From Marsupella aquatica (taxonomy: Eukaryota > Plantae > Marchantiophyta): a stretch of 64,000 nucleotides of DNA. A program made the position numbers and the translations under genes. The notes under the pieces are model-generated. The model was not told the DNA's origin and did no database searches. It saw only the letters and a program-made list of their open reading frames with translations. Location: positions 22,897,722 through 22,961,721 of the forward strand of contig OZ316896.1 in assembly GCA_973895155.1 (NCBI GenBank). The letters run 5' to 3'. Of this stretch, positions 12,068 through 21,208 are shown one piece after another (position 1 is the stretch's first letter; the number at the start of each line of letters is the position of its first letter).

Positions 12068-15000
12068 TCAAACCTGGTCCTCATCCTCGCCTCCATTTGA
12101 CACAATAATAATGTCAGGTTTTTCCGAGATAATGGAACGGGACCGTGGCACATACGGTATAACAACTGACCACTCTAGGTCTGGTGGGTACGGAATATAG
12201 AAACACTGCTCAAGGTGACTTGGGAATGTAAATGGTTCAGATGTTTGCCAATGAGATGGTTGAAAGCTAGTTGCTGATGTCTTCAGTCGAGTAAACCCAC
12301 ACTCATCAAGAAGTACCGTGCGATTATCACCAACCAGGTGAATTTTGAACCACTTACACTTGAAGACATACTCTTCAAATTTGGAATCGGCATCATAGGA
12401 TATGATCAAGATCTCCTCAATCTTCCCATAGTGAGGCACCACATCTCTGATCACATTAGTGTCATGACGGCTACTTTGTGAATCTTGCATGAACTGCCCT
12501 TGAACTCCACAATCAAAAGTTCTTCCCCTCTTCTCATCAAGGTCAGAAATCCTGAAATGCCTCCCTTGTGTCCACATTGTTGTTCTGGTTTGAACAAGTC
12601 TTAAAGGACCATGAACAATTGTTCGAACCTCAGGAGTCATATCTGGAAAATGTGATACATTCTCACCTTGGGCCACCATAGCATCCAACTGAAGTACTTT
12701 CTCCTTCATATACTCAAGGAACTTTGGAAAGATCCTTGGGCGACGACTCTCCCTCTTTGCATCCTCATAAAACTCTCTCCAATCTTCCATCACATTGCTG
12801 TTACTCAACATGAAAGTACTAACCTGTGTCAACTCCACTGCGGTTAGTAAGCGTGTTTTTTTGCACCTGTTAAACGGTCCTCCTCCACTTCCCTCTCTTC
12901 CATCCAAGTGCGTGGAAAACTAGGATCAATGGTAGCTAAGATGTTACTACAATAAAACATACTCTCAGCTGCCAAGTATCCAGTTGCCATGCTCCCCTCC
13001 ACTCGTGCACGGTTCCGTACATAAGCCTTTAACACGGCCATATACCTTTCCAGCCAATACATCCACCTACAATGCACCGGACCGGCAATGGCAACCTCCC
13101 TCACAAGATGAACGAGAAGATGCACCTGACAATCAAAGAAGGAAGGAGGGAGGGCCTTCTCCAACTTGCATACCACCTCTGCTGCCAATACCTCCATCCG
13201 TGGTATCTCTTCTTCATATATTTCCTTTGAGCATATCCATCTCAACAAAGTGCCCAGTGACCAAAGGGCGTCTTGCACTTCTTCACTCCCCAAACCTATG
13301 ATTGCCACAGGAAGTATATGTTGTAGTAAACGATGATAGTCATGTGTCTTGAGATACATTGGCCATTTATGACTGTCCTCCATCCCAAAAGCCTTACGTA
13401 GATTGGCACCATAGCCTGTAGGAAACTGCATCTGCCCTATGCGTTGTCGAAACTCTCTTCTTTCACCAACACTCAAAACCCATGGAGTTGAAGGACGATG
13501 TTCCATCCCTGTGGATTCATCAACTATTATCCATACATCTGGATGTCGTTCTAGATCCTGGCATGCCTCCCTAAAATTAATGTTCTTTTCCCCATAAAAG
13601 TGCTTGATCAAAGCCTTCCCAACATTTCCCTCTATATGCATGGGGTCTAACAAGTGATGAATCTTCAACTCAGGCCAATAGGGCAAAGTGGCCAGTATAC
13701 CCCACCTTGTCAATCCACTACCATCAAATCCCATGGCATCTTCAGGGTCTGCCACCCTATCAGCTATGGACTTCCAATACGAAAATGTTGTGCGGTCAGG
13801 TATCTCACGCTCATCACCATTGATCATGTCAAAGTCTGAAAACAAAAGGGGGTCAAACCTCATGTGATGCCCAAGTGGAAGAAACTTGGTATGACCAAGG
13901 TAGATTATCTTGTGCAGCCATTTTGAGTACTTGGCCATATCGTGAAGGCTTGGACCACAAGTGGAGCATGCCTTGTACCCCTGAGTTTGGAACCCAGAAA
14001 CAAACCCAAACCCTGCTCACAAAATAACATTCTCAATTAGAGTCAAAGGAATTGAAAAGTTCATGTACATAGAATTAAAGAGGGACTTCCTTCTAAACAA
14101 ACTTGATCTCCAATACATGAAAAAAATACAAATCCATACCACTCACCTGGATAGTCATGCATGGTCCACATAATGATTCCCTTCAATTGGAAGACACGTG
14201 GTAACCCTCCTGTAGTTGTCCGACCATCATATGCCCATACACCCCCCCATAATTTATGGAGTTCCCCAACCAAGAGCGCCAAGTAGGTGTCCATGTTTTT
14301 TACCTTAGATGGACCTGGGATAATCAATGATAGCAATAAGAATCCCTTTTTCATGGACAACCATGGGGGAAGGTTGTAATTCATAACAACCACCGGCCAA
14401 ACCGAAGTAGGGCGCCCTTTCCCTCCAAGGGAGTGTGGGCTTACCCCATCTGATGCCAACCCCAACCTCACATGACGAGGGTCACGTGCAAATTCTGGCC
14501 ATTGTGACTCCACATGCTTGTGAGCAGGGGAATCAACTGGCAACCGCATGACACCGGCCTCTGATCGATGTGTCTTATCCCATACCATCAATTCTGCCAA
14601 GTCAGAACATCGGTACATGTGCAACAATCGAGGAATAATAGGAAACCAACGAACAGCTTTTCTAGGCACCTTTGAGGTCAACATGTTGGTTTCATATCGA
14701 GGCTCTTGACAAATTGGACACTCAGTTGCGCTGGCATTGGTCTCATGATAGAGAATGCAGTCATTCACACAAGCATGAATGATATGGTATTCCATGCCAA
14801 TGGATGATAGAACCCTCTTTGCCTCCTTCCAAGTTCCTGGCAACACATTTTCACTAGGTAACAAGAGATCATGGCAAATTGCAAACAAATCCGATAGTAG
14901 CGCATTGCTTGCCTTGTGTTTTGCTTGAAGATTCATCAATGCCAAGATGACAAATAGTCTATTCAAACGAGCACCCCCATAAATAGGTGTTCTAGCATGT

Positions 15001-16647
15001 GCCTTAGCTTCTTCCCATTGTTTTTGTCCTTCAGGTGTACGTTGAGGCCTTGGATCATGTGCAACATTTGGTGGAGGGTCTCCTTCATTGGGTGGGACAC
15101 CTCCTTCACCACCAATGTCTACACCAAACCAATCTGTCATGAAGTCATCCATGGCTGACTCTTGGTCTTGCATGACCTCATAATCTGTCCGAGGTGCCCC
15201 TTCATCTGGACTGTCATTATCATTGTCACTTGATGAGGAATCTGCTGATGATGTTTCCCCGTCTTGTGGCAAGCCCATTTCTTGATATGTAGCTCTCAAC
15301 CTCCTTGGCAACATATCTTGACTAGGCCGCACATTCTATAGAAAATACAATAAAGTATTCACAATGAAATTAACGCCAAATATAGTAGTGCTCGAAACAT
15401 ATTATTAACAATATAAAAAGAACATGTCATTACAAAACATACGTTCACATACGATGAACGTATAATACATGTCCCTAAAGTAATCCTAATCCCATTCATA
15501 ATGTGTAAACAACTCCTCTCCAACCAGAATGGTCCTATTAGCTACAACTAGACAATGGTCATGATGATATCTCTGCCCATAAGGGGCTGGAGGGGGACCA
15601 TCAACAAAAACCCATTCACAGTTTTTCCTACGCTTAGGCCGGGTCCCCACAGTACTGTTGATGAAACCGGCAATATTCCCACTACGGATGGGATCACCAT
15701 CAATTATACGCTGGTCACAATACTTTCTGGTGCAACCATCAAAAGTATCCATGTCCAATGCATAAGTCTTCCACTCAGGGTGTTGAACAAGGATCATGTT
15801 CCAATGTCTCCTCTTGTAAATGGGTCCACCATACGGGAACAACGTTGGTCCATCTGAAGAGCGCCCTTTTCCACCCATATCATCCACAATAATGTCCTGA
15901 CAAGAGAAAATCCCATACCCATGCCTCTCCCCTAGGGTCGAACTCTTGACAACCCAACGTCTTCCCCAAACTTCTATCTCCTCACCATAGGTTATATCAC
16001 ATGGCAAACCAAGGCACTCCGGATTCCAATCCTTTATGATAGGAACACACTTCCCTGTGAAGGTACAAGGGCCCCATCTACCATCAACCCTACAAGTGTA
16101 CTGATCCACTTCCCCTCTAGGCTGTCTTTTTGACTTTTTTTTCCCTCTTGTAACAATACCGTCACCCTTAATTGTCCCAACACTACCTTGCCCTGCTGCC
16201 ACTAAACGAACAGCTTGTGAAAGTGCCGAGCCTATAGCATCTAGAACTCCTTGTGAGGGAACATAGGGTGTTGGTGTAGTGGGTGTAGGCCTACTGGAAA
16301 CCTATAGGAAGAAATGGAACCAAGTGAGTGTGATGAACCTCCCAAATTTTATTTTATGCTACCTAGCAAGATTTACAAAATAAAATGGAAATCACAGTAA
16401 GTTTACAACTCACCATACGGGATGAAGAAGCTCCCGGTGTAAGACCTCGATGTTGGCCATATCGAGCAATGTGCTCCGCACATACATATGACTTTTGGAC
16501 AACCATCCCCACACATTTTTTACAACCACAAAGTTGGCGTGGTGGACCACTAGGTCGACGTACGGTTGGTTCAGGTTGAGGAGGAGGATGACTTTCTTCA
16601 TCGGAAGAGGAATCTGATGTGGTGGAAGTTGTAGAGGATGAAGACAT
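12068..16647 (-). CDS. CACTA TnpD-type transposase; exons 16647-16414, 15335-14147, 14012-12068, with one frameshift near 12860 (~1120 aa if corrected)
   Basis: N-terminal CxCxxC..C..H transposase-associated motif; IHACVNDCILY..CPIC; Transposase_21 motifs (RLGLASDG, WPVVVMNYNLPPW, WTMHDYPG|..GYKACSTC); DPMHIEGNV; KTHDYH; PPSFFD..HLLVHL; RWMYWLERYM (DUF4218-like); YGKIEEI..FKCKWF..EPF (DUF4216-like). Confidence 0.9.
15486..16301 (-). CDS. SET-domain (lysine methyltransferase-like) terminal exon inside the CACTA transposase intron; predicted 349-aa product when spliced to exon 16647-16414
   Basis: 272 open codons after the acceptor TTCTTCCTATAG. SET motifs in the correct order: HGYGIFS (GxG), PYGG (YxG), DGD..GNIAGFINS (GNxxRFINH equivalent), NCEW, ANRTILVGEELFTHY (ELxxxY). 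Confidence 0.85.
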   Translation of the reverse strand, partial: VSSRPTPTTPTPYVPSQGVLDAIGSALSQAVRLVAAGQGSVGTIKGDGIVTRGKKKSKRQPRGEVDQYTCRVDGRWGPCTFTGKCVPIIKDWNPECLGLPCDITYGEEIEVWGRRWVVKSSTLGERHGYGIFSCQDIIVDDMGGKGRSSDGPTLFPYGGPIYKRRHWNMILVQHPEWKTYALDMDTFDGCTRKYCDQRIIDGDPIRSGNIAGFINSTVGTRPKRRKNCEWVFVDGPPPAPYGQRYHHDHCLVVANRTILVGEELFTHYEWD

Positions 16648-17074
16648 CTGACAAGTATAGCAATTGGAAGGCGATTAGTAAAAACTTCACCAAAACCATC
16701 ATTGATAATCCCTACCTAAACATATTAAAAAGAATTGACAGAAAAATACCTTTATGAGACCCGGGCTTAGCAATGCCTTGACGGATCTTGTGGCTCAAAT
16801 TTCATGAACCAAATCTAGAAGGAGGGGAAAATCTGCCAATATACAATGAATTAAGCCATGCCTTATGGTGAACCAGAAAAAAAAGATGATAGATTGTAAC
16901 CCTCCATATTTACAGCAATGACTAGAAATGCATGAGAAAATGTTATACCTTTCAGATGCCCGGGCTCTCGCAAGGCATTATCATGCATTAGCCAAAACTT
17001 TAAAAAACATGGGGAAGTGCCCTACAACGCCAAAGAGTTTTCCTCTCCATGTTAATGAGATAGACAAAGAAATA

Positions 17075-17930
17075 TAAATAACCCAAACCCTACCCTAAAC
17101 CCAAACCATGAAATGAAACCCTTCATTAAAACCTAACCCAAATCCCTCAATCACCCTAAACCCTTACCCTTATCCTAACCAATACCCAAATCCCTCATTA
17201 AAAATTCAAACCTTTACCCTAAACCCAAACCCCTACCCTAAACCCAAACCATGAAATGAAACCCTTCATTAAAACCTAACCCAAATCCCTCAAGCACCCT
17301 AAACCCTTACCCTTATCCTAACCAATACCCAAATCCCTCATTAAAATTTCAAACCTTTACCCTAAACCCAACCCAAATCCCCCAATTACATATAAAACTC
17401 TTACCCTATCTACACCTTACTTTACCTATATAGGCCAACCCCCACCCCTATAGTTATTCTAAACTTCACCCTAACCCCTAAATTGAGGCCCTTTTTTAAA
17501 ACTTAAGCAAAAATTGTACCCCCTCAATTAGAACCAAATCCAACCCTATATCATGTTACACCCCAACCCAAACACTTACATTAGAAACCCAACCCCTTTA
17601 AAAAAACCACAATTAAACCCCCCAACTAAAAACCAAACCCAATCCCTTTAAAAAACAACCACAATTCAACCCCTCAACTAAAACCAAACCCAACCCCTGT
17701 AATTACTCACAACCTAATGCAAACCTCTACCTTGAACCCTAAGCCAAACCCATTAATTTAAACCCAACCCTTTTATTCCAACCTAACCCAAGTTTTAACC
17801 CCCTTAATTAAACCAAATACTCCTAGATTAAAACCAAATATAAACCTAACCTTTAATTAAACCCAAACCTTTGTTAACTTATATTCTAGTTATCCTTACA
17901 ACCCAAACATCCATTGACACCCCTTCCATG
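17075..17930. repeat. Almost G-free, C/A-rich telomere-like (CCCTAAA/AAACCC) low-complexity tract including a 143-bp tandem duplication (17091 vs 17234)
   Basis: Composition and the duplicated TACCCTAAACCCAAACCATGAAATG... unit are visible directly. Confidence 0.85.
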
Positions 17931-18029
17931 TTAACTTATGGGCAATTAACATACCTTAAATGTCGTTTGACAAACCTTAATAGCCGTTTGACACCCCAAA
18001 GTGTTTTCCAACCCTAAACCGATAAGACC

Positions 18030-18245
18030 TGCCTCGCAAATTATTTCACAAGTTAGAGAATATTTTTGCGAACCTACGACCTTCGCACTTGCTTCGCAAA
18101 AACAGAGGCCGAGAACAATTTTTTGGGTCTTCTGCGGGTTGCGATGGCTTTGCGAAGGGAATAGATTCGGAAGTGCCTCGCAAGTTGCGAGACTATTTGC
18201 GAGGGCGCGGGCTTCACAGTTTCCCATGCGTATGTCATCGCAAAC
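18030..18245. promoter_or_regulatory. Putative bidirectional promoter region of the CACTA with a TCGCAA/TTGCGA motif cluster
   Basis: Lies between the divergent transposase/SET gene (minus) and ORF2 (plus); about 9-10 copies of the subterminal motif in ~215 bp. Confidence 0.5.
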
Positions 18246-18368
18246 CCATTTTTGAACGGCGTAAACATCGGCGGGAGCTTGCATTCGGGCTCATTTCAGT
18301 TTTTGAGCGAGACGAGAAGGGCTGGGGCGCGCGCAACAGTACGAGGGAGACTGTGAGAGAGGGGAGCT

Positions 18369-20420
18369 ATGGCTACCGGTGAGGGGAGTGGAGGGCAAGG
18401 TGGTAGTGGTAGTGGTAGTGGTAGTGGCAATGGGGGAAATCCAGAGAAAGAGAAGAATGCCTGGGCAGACTTAGTGGCCCAACATCTCAGTGCTGCACAA
18501 TTGGGAGAAGTGAATCTCAATTCTCCAGCAGGGCTTGCCTCTTTGAGTGCCATTCTTGGACAGGTTTTGCAAACTGGGATTGTAGCAGGACAAGCTACTA
18601 GAGAGGGGGAGGAGAGGGCCGTAGCTGAAGAGAAGGCTAGAGAGAAAAAAAGGAAGAGAGAGGAAAGAACTAAGTCGGGAGTTGCCTCTCCTCAAGCCCT
18701 AGAGAAGCAGAAGAGAAGAGAGGAGAGAGATTCAATTCGAAAATAGAGGGAGGAGCAACGTCAGAAAGAGGAAGCAAGAAAAAAACTTCCATTCATTGCC
18801 TTGGAGACGAGTGGGACTCCAACTGAGCTAGCATATGCAGGGGCTAAGAGCACAATCAAGCAGATTATCACAAGCAATTTCTCACGAGGCATGCAGTGGG
18901 GGAAGATTGAGAAGGCAGAGCGAAAGAGGGTCATCAACCAAATCAAGGATGCATTTCGCAATGGGCCTGACATAGATGAGCAATGGTTGGCAGATAAGAT
19001 TTCAAATTCTATGTCTCAAATGCGATACCATGACAGGATGAAGATTAGAGCCCACCTGAAAGACTTGAGATCATACAAGAACTTGCGCAGACCCCTCCAC
19101 TTCACCGAGGACATCTGGAATTCGTTTTACAAGATTGAGGTGCAAATTAAGGCAGCTCACGAGTTGGAAGAGTGGAAGGGCAATCTAGATCGAGCCTTGA
19201 AAGCAAAGGAGGCCGGGAAGCTCCCCCTGACCACGACCTGAAGCCACTTGAGCAGAAGGTAGCTGAGATGCAGAAGGTGGCCGACCAGGAGGGAAAGCCA
19301 CCCAAGCGTTTCACAGATGCAGCCAAACGAGTGAAATCCACCCCCAATCCAGTCCACAAGTTGGGTCAAGGCGGGCTCCCCGGCCTCAAGTCACACTTTG
19401 TGAGTGCCTCTTGCTCCTCCCTAACCTCTCTATTCCTTTCAGAGTTGTGCAATGCAAGTGAATGACATCCCCGAAGGTTCTTGCTGTTGTGCATGCTTGC
19501 TTGGTTACTAGTTTAGGGCAACTCTGACACTTAGAATTTCTGGCAAATTTTTAAAAACTCTCGGGAACACAGTTTGCGAAGGTGTTGCGATGCGTATTTG
19601 TTCGCAAACCCCTCGCAAAGTCTATCATAGACTTTTTCCATTTCAATTTTACGATGCCTTTGCGAACAAATGCGCATCGCAAACTCCATCGCAACGCCTT
19701 CGCAAAAAAAGGTGGTTCGCAAGTTGCTATGCTTATAGGTTCGCAAATTTGAATTTTAAATTTTTTTTGGGTCATGTTTAGTAGTTGAGGATTTAGGCGT
19801 CACTTGTGGCTATAGGGTATGCTTAAGGGCAAATTTAACCAATTTTAATTGGTTTTATGCATGGCAGTATCGGAGGTACAAAAGGAAGATATCAAAAAAG
19901 CATATTGAGGTGGCGATAGAGCATGGACGAAAGTACCTCTTTGCGATGGTAGATGCCGAGTTGGCTACTGTAAGTGTCTAAGTGTGAACCATATGATTAG
20001 CATGCGAACATTGTGAGTGACCCTTTATGTCTTGCGGAAACTAATGATATGTAATGGATGCAGGAATCGGATGAGCCTGAGGGGTCGGGTGCTGATGTGA
20101 CCAGTAGTGATGACGATGAGGGGGCTACTCCTGGTACTAGTGGTGCTCGGGGGGGGAGTAGTCGTGAGGTAGGTTCTTCCCACCGTGGTAGTGGTGGTAG
20201 TCGTGTGTCATCAGCACACGTTGATGACCAGGGGGAGGAGGAGGACCCTGAGGATGAGGAGGAGGAGCAGGAGGGGCAGGAGGAGCCAGAGGAGCAGTAG
20301 GAGCAGGAGCAGGAGCGCCGACGGCCATCACGCACCCGTCACCAACAGGATCCCCGGAAGGATAAGGGCAAGAAGCCAGCCAAGAAGCCAACCAAGAGGA
20401 GCCGCAAGAGCCCATTCTAG
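18369..20420 (+). pseudogene. CACTA ORF2 (TnpA-like / Ptta-En-Spm-type accessory protein); exons ~18369-19399, 19868-19969, 20064-20420; disrupted
   Basis: Coiled-coil N-terminus; W..I...ERKRV Myb-like helix; PVHKLGQGG motif resembling Transposase_24 proteins; acidic/basic tail; GT-AG junctions. TAG stops at 18744 and 20298 and a frameshift near 19230. Confidence 0.7.
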
Positions 20421-21208
20421 TTATTTTGTAGAGATACATGCATGAGAGTGACTTGTCATGCCGGAGCTTAGGGTAGGAAGAGGCAGCATAGGTTTAGAAG
20501 GGTAGACCTAGCATCAGATATTTCCCCCCTCTTGTCCATGTATAGGGTTCTTTGAAGCCCTATCATTTTGTTCATGCTTTTCCATTTTATAAAACAACAA
20601 TTTTGCCTTCCACATTGGGTTCCAAGGAAAACCCCTCGCAAATAATGTATTGAATCCTGTGTGATCATAATTTTGCGAACCCTTTAAGAACTCATTCCCA
20701 TCGCACAATATTAACCCCAAGGCGTCGCACTTTTTGAGTCAATTAACTTCAGAACTTCAGATCCAAATATGTCGGGTTTTTGTGATACTTCTAGGATCGC
20801 ACTTTCCTAATCGCAACCGTTCACAAACTTCTGAAATCACCGGTATCGCTCTTTGTCATACAATCCCCATCAAAACAATTGAACCAGTATCAATCGCAAA
20901 TATGATGCGATGGTAAATCCGTCTCAAATATTGACGCCCGCGCGGGACGTGTGCGTGTATGTTTGCAAACCTTATGCGACGTATAATGGATCGCAGAAGT
21001 ATTGAATATTGCGAACCTCTCAGCTTCTCAGTTTGCCATGATGTTGCGATGCCGTTGCGATGGTCCGCGTGCGAAGTTATTAGGTTTGCAAAGTGCGAAG
21101 GGGGTGCGATGCGCGTATGTTCGCAATAGCCAGAATTATGAAAATCAGGGGCTTGTTAGTTGCGATGAGATTGTCTTCGCAAAACCGGCCGATAGTGTTG
21201 TAGTGAAA

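Larger units (their letters stand above)
11313..21205. mobile_element. CACTA (En/Spm) DNA transposon, ~9.9 kb, carrying a SET-domain exon
   Basis: Starts CACTACTACA-TATTGGCCCCTTTTGCGAAG; the other end reads CACTACAACACTATCGGCCGGTTTTGCGAAG on the minus strand (imperfect ~30-bp TIR). 3-bp TSD AAA (11310-11312 and 21206-21208). Removing the element restores the RT frame ..QDFHRSVFDPCVY. Confidence 0.96.

Noticed and set aside
14061-16202. Single SETMAR-like SET-transposase fusion protein
   Set aside because: The SET exon ends in its own TAG right after ELFTHYEWD and I saw no convincing donor joining it to the transposase exon; alternative isoforms fit better.
17075-17930. True interstitial telomere
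   Set aside because: The repeats are highly degenerate, there is no perfect (CCCTAAA)n array, and the tract lies inside the CACTA.
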